DNA from: a virus
Taxonomy: Duplodnaviria > Caudoviricetes
Strand: one strand, 5' to 3'
DNA: 59,811 nt
IMG/VR virus record: IMGVR_UViG_3300023199_000016
Location: 1-59,811 of that record
Part shown: positions 18,838-26,598 of the stretch, piece after piece
Layout of the letters: each line of letters starts with the position of its first letter
Numbering within the stretch: the first letter of the stretch is position 1
Notes under the pieces: generated by a model
What the model saw: the letters and a program-made list of their open reading frames with translations, nothing else
Told to the model about the DNA's origin: nothing
The model's database searches: none
Program-made: the position numbers and the translations under genes

Positions 18838-18877
18838 AAGAAAAGAGCGACCGCCCAGTGGGATGAGCGGTCGCTCT
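18838..18877 (-). terminator. intrinsic terminator
   Basis: AGAGCGACCGC-loop-GCGGTCGCTCT followed by TTTCTT. Confidence 0.6.
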
Positions 18878-18891
18878 GCTGGTGGGAACGA

Positions 18892-18900
18892 TCAATTCAT
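18892..18900 (-). other. two-codon minigene ATG-AAT-TGA behind a perfect Shine-Dalgarno
   Basis: TAAGGAGGTG-TGCT-ATGAATTGA between a promoter and a terminator. Confidence 0.45.
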
Positions 18901-18949
18901 AGCACACCTCCTTACTTATGTATCATTGTGCAAATGCAAATGATCGTCT

Positions 18950-18977
18950 ATTATACGATCGGATAAACCCGTGTGAA
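18950..18977 (-). promoter_or_regulatory. sigma70-type promoter
   Basis: TTCACA-16 bp-TATAAT. Confidence 0.55.
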
Positions 18978-19010
18978 ATAGAAGGACCGGCCCGAACACC
19001 GGACCGGCCC
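18976..19010 (-). terminator. terminator of early operon
   Basis: GGGCCGGTCCGG-TGT-TCGGGCCGGTCC followed by TTCTATTT. Confidence 0.55.
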
Positions 19011-19032
19011 ACCATGAAGGAAAGTAGCTTAT

Positions 19033-19779
19033 TCAACCGGGCAACGACTGTTGTGACTGCCCGGGGTTTGTTCGTCTTAGTCGGTTTGACGTTCCAATGT
19101 CGACGTTCTGCCCATCCGTTGAACCACGTAGGTACGCACGACTGTCAACCGTTGACCGACGGGACTTCGTGCTACGCACATGCATGTTCTCGCTCATATA
19201 CCGTTCGATGATCGCGTCTTTCGCGAGGATGATCGCACCAGCCTGACTTGCTTGCTGCTTCGATGCGTCTTGCATACGTCGTGCTTTGTCGATCAATGCC
19301 GAGACGAATCCTTCGGCGTACGATCGATGCATGGTGCCAAACCCGTTTCCGTATCGCCATCGGGCCATCGTGCGAATTGTAACGAGCAGCTCTTCATAGA
19401 GCTCGCAAGCAATCGCAACGTCACGAGGTAAACCGATGAACACTATTGACTTTCTTGTCTTGCGGCGACCGTCACGCCACTCGGGCACCGTGCGAATCAC
19501 GAATCGAACATCGCATATATAACAGCTTACCCACGCGAGATTCTGCTGCCACGGCGTGATCACGCCCGCAGAGCGTGCGTCCTGTTGGATGACTTCAACG
19601 GTTTCGGCGGCATCGTCTTCGAGGACCACTTGGTCTTCAGCGATGCCAGCCTTGTCCATCAAGTCACGTGCCATTCGCAATGCGTTCTCGACTTCACCTT
19701 CGCTTGCACCGTCGTCTTGTGCAAGACGCATCAGCTTTCGTATTCGTTCGAGGATCTTATCTTGTGCAGCGGTTGACAT
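19033..19779 (-). CDS. DUF2786-domain protein
   Basis: ILERIRKLMRLA...EGEVENALRMARDLMDK N-terminal motif; GAAAGGAAAGTAGAATG RBS. Confidence 0.75.
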   Translation of the reverse strand: MSTAAQDKILERIRKLMRLAQDDGASEGEVENALRMARDLMDKAGIAEDQVVLEDDAAETVEVIQQDARSAGVITPWQQNLAWVSCYICDVRFVIRTVPEWRDGRRKTRKSIVFIGLPRDVAIACELYEELLVTIRTMARWRYGNGFGTMHRSYAEGFVSALIDKARRMQDASKQQASQAGAIILAKDAIIERYMSENMHVRSTKSRRSTVDSRAYLRGSTDGQNVDIGTSNRLRRTNPGQSQQSLPG

Positions 19780-19780
19780 T

Positions 19781-20173
19781 CTACTTTCCTTTCTCTTCGT
19801 CGTCGTTCTGAAGTTCGTCGAGCTTTCGTTGAAGATCAAGCACTTGGTTCGCAGCGCGTGTCAGTCGCTTGATGAGTGGGGAATTCGTCAACAAGCTTAG
19901 GCGTTCTTCGATCGTTTCGATATGCGCTTGAATGCGAGGTATCTTCCGCTCTGCCTCTGCTTGTTTCTGACGCATGTCCTCTTGCTTCCGACGAAGCTCG
20001 GCAATCTGACGTTCCCACGCTTTGATACGTTGGTCACCATGATCACGATTGGACACATGAGCGTTCAACGCTTGACGGTTATAATCGAGTGCTTCACGTA
20101 AGCTTTCGATCTCGGCCATCAATTCGCTTTGGGACTTTGGTATCTTGCGCTTAGTCCTTGCCTTCTTGGTCAT
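19781..20173 (-). CDS. coiled-coil hypothetical protein
   Basis: Heptad-rich 130 aa; conserved RBS. Confidence 0.7.
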   Translation of the reverse strand: MTKKARTKRKIPKSQSELMAEIESLREALDYNRQALNAHVSNRDHGDQRIKAWERQIAELRRKQEDMRQKQAEAERKIPRIQAHIETIEERLSLLTNSPLIKRLTRAANQVLDLQRKLDELQNDDEEKGK

Positions 20174-20199
20174 GCTACTTTCCTTTCATTCTTTCTACG

Positions 20200-20236
20200 A
20201 ATCAAACGACTGCACCGGCCTTTCGACCGGTGCAGT
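20200..20236 (-). terminator. GAAA-tetraloop hairpin, terminator-like
   Basis: ACTGCACCGGTC-GAAA-GGCCGGTGCAGT followed by CGTTTGATT. Confidence 0.5.
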
Positions 20237-20284
20237 GCGACTTCATACGAAGCGTTGGGTTTCGGTTGAAACGAACGAAGTGCT

Positions 20285-20812
20285 TCAGTCTTCGTTCTCT
20301 TCTTCCTCCTCGTCGCCTTCCATTTCGGCGAGGGCACCGAGGAGACCTTGTGCGGCATCTTCGTCGATGCCTTGCGCCTTGAGGACTGCGGCAACATCCA
20401 CGTCCTGCTTCTTGAGGCGACCGACCAACTCGAGCATGGTCTTCTGAACCTTCTTGAGTCGGTTCGCTGCCTGGCGGGTTTCCTTGTCGCCGAGGGTGCG
20501 TGCTTCTTCGGCTTTCGCTCTGAACTCTTCGGCTTTCGTTTCGTATTCAGCAGCCTTCATATCGAAGTACGTCGCCTCACTGGCGAAGTCCTTCTTCTTG
20601 AGAGGCTTGTGCTTCGACGAATCGAAGTCGTCCGGGATTTCCTTGAAGGGATAGACATCGGGATCGTCCGAGTCGACAAGCGGGTGTACCACTTTCTTCG
20701 GCTTGGCCGCCGACTCGTCCTTCGAGCCCGGGCGTGAACCGCCGGTATTCGTCTTGACGTTTGCCTTCTTACGAGCGGTTGCACTCTGACGATTTGCGGA
20801 TCGCTTAGCCAT
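20285..20812 (-). CDS. hypothetical protein with basic N-terminus and acidic C-terminus
   Basis: 175 aa; GAAAGGA RBS; strong codon bias. Confidence 0.7.
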   Translation of the reverse strand: MAKRSANRQSATARKKANVKTNTGGSRPGSKDESAAKPKKVVHPLVDSDDPDVYPFKEIPDDFDSSKHKPLKKKDFASEATYFDMKAAEYETKAEEFRAKAEEARTLGDKETRQAANRLKKVQKTMLELVGRLKKQDVDVAAVLKAQGIDEDAAQGLLGALAEMEGDEEEEENED

Positions 20813-20883
20813 TTCATTGTCCTTTCTTTGACTTGGCTTGGTGCCTCACATGAGGCGTGACCCAGAACGAACATACACGATGG

Positions 20884-21291
20884 TCAATTCTGCTTTGCGT
20901 TTCGACGCATTGCTTCATTGGCCATCACACGTTTGAGAGTTTGATCTTCGTGCTGTTGGGTAGCATACGCTTCGGGGAAGATCGCATCCTTCAACTTCTT
21001 TGGCATCGATTGCATATTCGTTGCTTTGAGGCCAGCAAGTTGAAGTTTGATCTTTGCGAGTTGGCACGCTGATTGGTACAACTCTTCTGCACAATCACAA
21101 CGGCGAGTACGAACACGCACGTCGAGTGCAATTGCTCGTGCAAGCTGGTGAGCAAGAAAGTTCCGAACGTAGATGGGCGAGCCCTCGATACCAACGTCGG
21201 GGTGCCCATCAACGAACACTTGAAGAGCGTACGTGTCAGATGACGTACAACACAACACGAATAAGAGATCGGTTTCCTGTTCGTCAGTCAT
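20884..21291 (-). CDS. hypothetical early protein
   Basis: Conserved RBS directly downstream of hammerhead 1. Confidence 0.65.
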   Translation of the reverse strand: MTDEQETDLLFVLCCTSSDTYALQVFVDGHPDVGIEGSPIYVRNFLAHQLARAIALDVRVRTRRCDCAEELYQSACQLAKIKLQLAGLKATNMQSMPKKLKDAIFPEAYATQQHEDQTLKRVMANEAMRRNAKQN

Positions 21292-21310
21292 TCTACTTTC
21301 CTTTCGCTTT

Positions 21311-21380
21311 GGGCAGTCTCATCAGACTGGCTTGCCCAAGGTCCAGTGACGTCCGATCAAATGATCGGGCGTTTCGACTT
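21311..21380 (-). ncRNA. type II hammerhead ribozyme, copy 1 (predicted cleavage 21348/21347)
   Basis: AGUC-GAAA-stem III (CGCCCGAUC/GAUCGGACG)-UC-stem I (ACUGG/CCAGU)-CUGAUGA-GACU; loop I GGGC pairs with 3' GCCC (pseudoknot). Confidence 0.9.
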
Positions 21381-21381
21381 G

Positions 21382-21642
21382 TCAGATATGATGCGTGAAG
21401 ATGCGACCGGGAATCTTATCCCACTCTTCAACGTCTTCAAGTTCGATTCCTGCATAGCCGTGTTCAATCGCAAAGCGTGCCACACGCACCGCTTCAGAAC
21501 GATCGGCCGCCGCAATGTCGATTTCATCGCCGGGCAAACCGTGTTCATCACGCGTGAATGCTGTCCAGCGTTTCAGATGATCACCGTTGTTGTGCTGATC
21601 GCCGTCGAAGACATCGGCAAACTTGTTCTCTTGCAGTCTCAT
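21382..21642 (-). CDS. hypothetical early protein (86 aa)
   Basis: ATG at 21642 with conserved RBS; flanked by ribozymes. Confidence 0.65.
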   Translation of the reverse strand: MRLQENKFADVFDGDQHNNGDHLKRWTAFTRDEHGLPGDEIDIAAADRSEAVRVARFAIEHGYAGIELEDVEEWDKIPGRIFTHHI

Positions 21643-21672
21643 TCTACTTTCCTTTCGTTTCGTTCGTTTCGC

Positions 21673-21745
21673 GGGCAGTCTCATCAGACTGGCTTGCCCA
21701 AGGTCCAGTGACGCCCGGTCGATTGATGACCGGACGTTTCGACTT
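21673..21745 (-). ncRNA. type II hammerhead ribozyme, copy 2 (predicted cleavage 21710/21709)
   Basis: Same core; stem III CGUCCGGUC/GACCGGGCG. Confidence 0.9.
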
Positions 21746-22256
21746 ACTCTTCAACGAAGTAGTCGGCGTAGTGTGCGATGCGATTGTTGTGATGCGTCTC
21801 TGCATCGGCCTTTTCTTGGCAGTAGTGCCCGTGGTGCAGGCCGCCGCATTCACGGTTCCACACGTGAGAGGTCCAACGAGCATTTGATGTCCAGCCTTCA
21901 CCGCGATCAATCAGAACCGAAACGCAACACCCGTTGGGTTCGGCAACGTGATCGAGGACGACTGCATCAGAACCGAATGCTCGTTGTGTATCCAACTCCA
22001 AGCGACTAAGTTCTTCGCCCGTCAACGGATTCTTAGAAGCAACGAAGCAAGTCGGACAATACATGTTGAGGCCGACTTCTTTGAACACATCAGCGTCACC
22101 CCATCGTCCACATCGTTCGCAGGCAACGAGATTCTCGTCTTCGATTGCATTCTCGACTGCATCACGCACTTCGTCGTGCGACCGTACGGTGGTTGTGTCC
22201 GGAATGTCCCATTCACAGATCATCGAGCCGTCATCTTCAGTCATGTAAACCTTCAT
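21744..22256 (-). CDS. hypothetical early protein with Zn finger (170 aa)
   Basis: ATG at 22256 with conserved RBS; CERCG...CPTC. Confidence 0.65.
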   Translation of the reverse strand: MKVYMTEDDGSMICEWDIPDTTTVRSHDEVRDAVENAIEDENLVACERCGRWGDADVFKEVGLNMYCPTCFVASKNPLTGEELSRLELDTQRAFGSDAVVLDHVAEPNGCCVSVLIDRGEGWTSNARWTSHVWNRECGGLHHGHYCQEKADAETHHNNRIAHYADYFVEE

Positions 22257-22289
22257 ACTACTTTCCTTTCGTTTCGTTCGTTTCGCTTC

Positions 22290-22356
22290 GGGCAGTCTCA
22301 TCAGACTGGCTTGCCCAAGGTCCAGTGACCGGAGCATTGTGCTCCGGTTTCGACTT
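22290..22356 (-). ncRNA. type II hammerhead ribozyme, copy 3 (predicted cleavage 22327/22326)
   Basis: Same core; stem III CCGGAGC/GCUCCGG. Confidence 0.9.
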
Positions 22357-22726
22357 AGTCGGTGTTGAGGTCGTCATCCCAATCAGCAACGCCGTCCTCA
22401 TCATAGTCGTCATTCTCTTCGTCGAATTCATCCCACTCGTCGATGTCGTCGTCGTCGAATTCATCCCACTCGTCGATGTCGTCGTCGTCTGCTTCGTTGT
22501 CGGGATTCGACAAGTCCTTCAAGAGATCGCCGAGGTCAGCGTATCCGTCAGCATACGCATCGTCGGTGAAGCCTTCGTCATAGACGTCTTGTGCAATCGA
22601 AACGACGTCCCACTTCCCGTCGGACACCAAATAGATTGCAGTGCAAAGCAATTCGGAAGTCGATCCATCAAAGATCGACACCTCGCCGTTGGCATGCACA
22701 TCAACGATCATTCGTGTTCGTGACAT
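22355..22726 (-). CDS. highly acidic early protein (DNA-mimic candidate)
   Basis: About 37% D/E, only four K/R; first gene after the control region. Confidence 0.65.
   Translation of the reverse strand: MSRTRMIVDVHANGEVSIFDGSTSELLCTAIYLVSDGKWDVVSIAQDVYDEGFTDDAYADGYADLGDLLKDLSNPDNEADDDDIDEWDEFDDDDIDEWDEFDEENDDYDEDGVADWDDDLNTD
22421..22486. repeat. 2 x 33-bp tandem repeat (DDDIDEWDEFD)
   Basis: gtcgaattcatcccactcgtcgatgtcgtcgtc repeated exactly twice. Confidence 0.9.
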
Positions 22727-22773
22727 TCTACTTTCCTTTCACTTTCATTGGTTTGACGTTCAAACGTAAACAC

Positions 22774-22813
22774 AAATAGAAAGACCGGCTCGCGATTGTT
22801 TCACGCAAGCCGG
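22774..22813 (-). terminator. terminator/attenuator in the early leader
   Basis: CCGGCTTGCG...CGCGAGCCGG followed by TCTTTCTATTT. Confidence 0.55.
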
Positions 22814-22990
22814 ACGATTGCGAAAGGAACGAAAGGATTTGTATTCGGCTTAGAACTTACTAACGGTTGGGCTCAGGATTCGGTCGCTTGTCGCAAGCTC
22901 CTCACTTGCCGTAGACTATTCCGCGTCACGAAACGCTTCAAACGAAACGCACCGTGCCGGTCCGTCACCGTGTTCACTTCTTCGCACTGT

Positions 22991-23003
22991 GTTGTCAAAG
23001 AGC
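22991..23003 (-). promoter_or_regulatory. boxA antitermination element
   Basis: GCTCTTTGACAAC matches the rrn/lambda boxA consensus GCTCTTTAACAA; lies in an untranslated leader upstream of a terminator. Confidence 0.6.
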
Positions 23004-23156
23004 CGGGCCAAGCTTTCCGTTTCGCACTGGGCGTCGAGCAACCAACCTCATCGGACTACGGACGTGCTTGCAACGTGTTGCTCTTCCGATCGTTTCACGG
23101 CAGTTTGAAATGACAGGAGCGGTGCGGCCGATCGGATTGCCTTGACCTGTCGTTCA

Positions 23157-23185
23157 ATCGTATCGGCCTGATCCGGTCCAGTCGA
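23157..23185 (-). promoter_or_regulatory. putative early promoter
   Basis: TCGACT-17 bp-TACGAT (4/6 matches in each box). Confidence 0.35.
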
Positions 23186-23217
23186 TCAATTGAACCGATA
23201 TTTGTGAAAGAAAGTAT

Positions 23218-23319
23218 CGTGCGTAACCCGTTACCGGACAACGACTTACGCACGGTCTTTCGGTTCATTTCCAAAGAATTCCCGTGCGTAACCCGTTGTC
23301 CAGAAACGACTTACGCACG
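23218..23319. repeat. two 37-bp imperfect palindromes CGTGCGTAACCCGTT-N7-AACGACTTACGCACG
   Basis: Copies at 23218-23254 and 23283-23319; identical arms, different 7-bp centres. Confidence 0.85.
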
Positions 23320-23508
23320 CCCGTAGAGGGCATTTGACGGGTCCCCGGTCCGCCGTACCCGATACTACCGGACCGGACCGGAAAGCGGGCCAGTCGTGAC
23401 GGACCGGACCCGGTTTGGGTCGTCCGCACCAGCCCGTATCGAATCGACGAACCGGGCGCCCTGATTGCACGATTCGGTTCGTAGTCGATCGACCGATCAC
23501 GCGACGAA

Positions 23509-25506
23509 TCAAGCCGCACGCGGGAGGTGGAACACAGCATCATCGGACGATGCTTCACGCCACGTTGACGTTGCATACCCGCCTTCCACAGTGATCGGCA
23601 CTCTAAACCGATTCTCTTCACCGTGCAATTCAAGTGTGTCACGAATGTATTGACGTACTTCATTGCTCTCTCCTACATCGCGTGAACAGGCGAATAAGAA
23701 TTCATCGTGCACGCACGCCGCGACACGAATGCCAAGATCACGAATCATCGAGTTATATCGCGGTGCGATCTGAACAAGCTTTGCTTTCATCACATCAGCA
23801 GCACAAGATTGAATGATCGAATTGAATGCGCGATAAGCAAACATTATTGGGAGATGGCGTCGGCGACCGTACGCATTCTTGACCCAACCTCGTCCTTCGG
23901 CCAAAGCCACAGCACGATCACTCGTCGCTTTGATTCCTGGGAACGTTCTGTGATAGGTGTTGTACACCTTGCGTGCTCGACGTTCGCACAGTGATTGGAA
24001 GCGACGCGCTTTCTGGCTTGGTCGAATCTTTCCTGCTGCAATCTCTTCATCGACGACGTGCGAAAGGTCCTTCACCAAAGCAGGCTCGCCCGCGAGCATC
24101 GTAAGAACCTTATGCCGACCGCCACCATAGGCGATTGCAAAGTTGACGTTCTTAGCGGGCTTACGTGGTATGCCACACAAGTCAGCGACGAATTGATGAA
24201 AGTCCGTATCGGGATTCTCTGCATACGCCCTGATCGCTTTCTCATCGCGTATGTAGTGACAGATAAGTCGAAACTCGATTTGTGAGTAGTCGAATCGCAA
24301 GAAGCATTCTGAATCAACCGGATGAACCAGCTCTTTCGCCTCGGGCGATAACTGCTGTGCATTCGGGTTCTTACTTGACATTCGACCGGTGCGCACAGAT
24401 TGGTTGTACGTGGGATGCAAGATACCGTCGATGTTGAGCTCTTGATACGGACGAACAAAGAAACCAAGCAGAGTGTTGAGCTTACGCCACGAAAGCAACT
24501 TATCGAAGAACTCATACATCGAATCGTCGGACATCACCTCGGGCAATCGTTGATATGCGGCGAGAGCGTCCTTGTTGAACGACGGGTTGAGCAACGAATC
24601 ATCGCCCTCTTCCTCTGCCTTCTCGATTGAACCCTTCGTGTATTCAACGGCGGGCAGCCCGAAGTGGTTCATGATCACATCAGCGATGCTATCTGGTGTA
24701 CCCGGCGAGAACATTCGACCGACATGATTGTGCATCCATTCTTCAAGTTGCACCATACGTTGCAGTGTGGTGATCTCTTTGGCGACGAGTTCGGTTTCAT
24801 CAACTCTTAGGCCTTCGTTCTCGATGTCGTACAATACAGGCGTAAGAAGTATCTCGTTGTCCCACACCTCCTTGACTTCGCTTGGCCTTCGCTTGCACAT
24901 GTACTTCCACAGAAGCCGGTTCATCTGAACGTCCATGCATGCATAACGCCCAAGCAAGTCCGGTGGCGTATCGCCAAAGTCTTTGGTCTTCGCAGCCTCG
25001 AGCCAAGCGTGTAAGAGTTGCTCTTCACGAAGGTCCATGTCGAGCCAGTCTTCGCTCAAGTCTTTCAGCCCGTAGCCCTTGCCACCATATCCTCGGTCGC
25101 TGTCGATCAACTTTGCGAGAGTCATTGTGTCAACAAGACGCCCACCAAACTCTGCACCTTCATTCGTACAGAAGTGCGCATCAAACTTGACGTTGTGATT
25201 CACCCAATCATTATTGGCACCGACGGTCTCTTTCAACCAGCGATGCACCTGTTCAATCGGTAAGCATCGATGTTCGTAGTCCCAGTGGCGTATCGGTATG
25301 TAGTACGCATCCGGGTTATCATCGTGCGTTACTGCGATGCCGGCAATCTCATCGCCGTGCCATGGCGATATTGCCTTGAGCTTAGGGTCGCCGCTCGTCG
25401 TTTCAACGTCGAGGTATAGCTCGCGTGCACCACGCAAGTCCGGTAGTGGGTCGCCCGGCTCGAGCATCTTACATCGTTGACCGCTTTGTACTCGTAAGTC
25501 GATCAT
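23509..25506 (-). CDS. polA: DNA polymerase family A with 3'-5' exonuclease
   Basis: LDVETT, HNVKFD, YACMD exo motifs; RTGRMSS, FDYSQIEFR, AKNVNFAIAYG, VHDE. Confidence 0.95.
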   Translation of the reverse strand: MIDLRVQSGQRCKMLEPGDPLPDLRGARELYLDVETTSGDPKLKAISPWHGDEIAGIAVTHDDNPDAYYIPIRHWDYEHRCLPIEQVHRWLKETVGANNDWVNHNVKFDAHFCTNEGAEFGGRLVDTMTLAKLIDSDRGYGGKGYGLKDLSEDWLDMDLREEQLLHAWLEAAKTKDFGDTPPDLLGRYACMDVQMNRLLWKYMCKRRPSEVKEVWDNEILLTPVLYDIENEGLRVDETELVAKEITTLQRMVQLEEWMHNHVGRMFSPGTPDSIADVIMNHFGLPAVEYTKGSIEKAEEEGDDSLLNPSFNKDALAAYQRLPEVMSDDSMYEFFDKLLSWRKLNTLLGFFVRPYQELNIDGILHPTYNQSVRTGRMSSKNPNAQQLSPEAKELVHPVDSECFLRFDYSQIEFRLICHYIRDEKAIRAYAENPDTDFHQFVADLCGIPRKPAKNVNFAIAYGGGRHKVLTMLAGEPALVKDLSHVVDEEIAAGKIRPSQKARRFQSLCERRARKVYNTYHRTFPGIKATSDRAVALAEGRGWVKNAYGRRRHLPIMFAYRAFNSIIQSCAADVMKAKLVQIAPRYNSMIRDLGIRVAACVHDEFLFACSRDVGESNEVRQYIRDTLELHGEENRFRVPITVEGGYATSTWREASSDDAVFHLPRAA

Positions 25507-25508
25507 GT

Positions 25509-26015
25509 TTACTTGCTTGCTTTGCTTTCGTTGATAAGACCACCGGGCTGGAAGACCAGCCCTTTCTTTGATTCATACGCTTCAACATACGATTCATCGC
25601 CGATCACAAGACGCCAATGTGTCACACCCGCAAGCTCAAGAATCTGCAAGCCCCGATCGTCACTGTAGAAGTTTGACCAATACACTAAGTCGATTGCACC
25701 GCTGTTGACGATTGCAGTGGCGCATCTCCAGCACGGTGCGGTCGTGCAGTATAATGTTGCGTCTTTGATCGCTTGTGAATCGAGCTTGTTGATTGCGTTC
25801 TGCTCAGCGTGTGCACAACCACAGTCTTGCTTGATACCGGAGCAGAACGAGTGAGGCAGCTTTCGTGCCGGTCCGTTGTATCCGATTGAATGCACGGCGC
25901 TGAAGTCCTTGGGAAATACGATTGCACCACATGCTAGTCGCTTACATACTGAAAGCGCGGCAAGCTCATGGGCGAATCGAGCCATCACGATAAGCTTACG
26001 CATTGATCGTTGCAC
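25509..26015 (-). CDS. dCMP deaminase
   Basis: IGYNG, HAEQNA, APCWRCA; GTG start after GAAAGGAAAG. Confidence 0.9.
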   Translation of the reverse strand: MQRSMRKLIVMARFAHELAALSVCKRLACGAIVFPKDFSAVHSIGYNGPARKLPHSFCSGIKQDCGCAHAEQNAINKLDSQAIKDATLYCTTAPCWRCATAIVNSGAIDLVYWSNFYSDDRGLQILELAGVTHWRLVIGDESYVEAYESKKGLVFQPGGLINESKASK

Positions 26016-26595
26016 GGTGCTTTCCTTTCGTATTGAAGACAAGTCCAGTGCGCTCTTGTTCATGTCTTCGATCAAGATACTGATCGACGATGTCATTGGC
26101 AAACTGGCTTGGCCACCGTTCACCATTGGAAACTATCGGGTAGTCGACCTTGCAAACACCGGAGTCACTAAGTCGAATGAACTCATTGTTCACTTGCACG
26201 ATCTCAGTAAAGCGATACATCTCTTTACTTTGATCGCACTTGGCCCATTGATCCGCGAGGAAACGATTATGATTATCCCCTCCTCGCTCAGCGATACAAA
26301 GCACGACGAATCCGCAGTGCAGAGTTGTCCAAGCGTCGAGAGTTTGTAAGCCCGCGGCGCTAAGCGTCTCTTGATTCTGAAGTGCTTGACCGTATGCCTG
26401 ACGACTCAAGTAGAACCGATCCCACACGACGTTCGGATTCATCAACGGAATGTAGTCGGTATACTTATCAAACGACTCGGGTAACTTACTAAGAGGCAAC
26501 GGTATGTGCGACTCGCCCAGCTCGTTCAATCGTTTGACGAGTGCACGAACAAGAGTCGTCTTGCCAACAAGATCGGTTCCTTCAACGATAATCAT
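25996..26595 (-). CDS. deoxynucleoside monophosphate (thymidylate-kinase-like) kinase
   Basis: IIVEGTDLVGKTT P-loop; WDRFYLS. Confidence 0.85.
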   Translation of the reverse strand: MIIVEGTDLVGKTTLVRALVKRLNELGESHIPLPLSKLPESFDKYTDYIPLMNPNVVWDRFYLSRQAYGQALQNQETLSAAGLQTLDAWTTLHCGFVVLCIAERGGDNHNRFLADQWAKCDQSKEMYRFTEIVQVNNEFIRLSDSGVCKVDYPIVSNGERWPSQFANDIVDQYLDRRHEQERTGLVFNTKGKHRATINA

Positions 26596-26598
26596 GAC

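Noticed and set aside
21644-22337. Longer N-termini of 21382-21684 and 21744-22337 (MRLPAKRTKRKES...)
   Set aside because: The extensions translate the ribozyme/RBS repeat; true starts follow the conserved RBS at 21642 and 22256
21311-22356. Three identical ~40-bp repeats read as a CRISPR array
   Set aside because: The intervening sequences are whole genes of 260-510 bp, no cas genes are present, and the repeats are explained by hammerhead structure
23010-23070. CCGAUGAG...CGAAAC in the early leader as a fourth hammerhead
   Set aside because: Core deviates (CCGAUGA) and no convincing stems I or III could be formed
22796-23663. ORFs 22796-23113, 22954-23145, 23246-23512 and 23265-23663
   Set aside because: They overlap palindromes, boxA and the PolA end, have low-complexity R/G/P translations and no RBS; the region is better explained as non-coding control DNA
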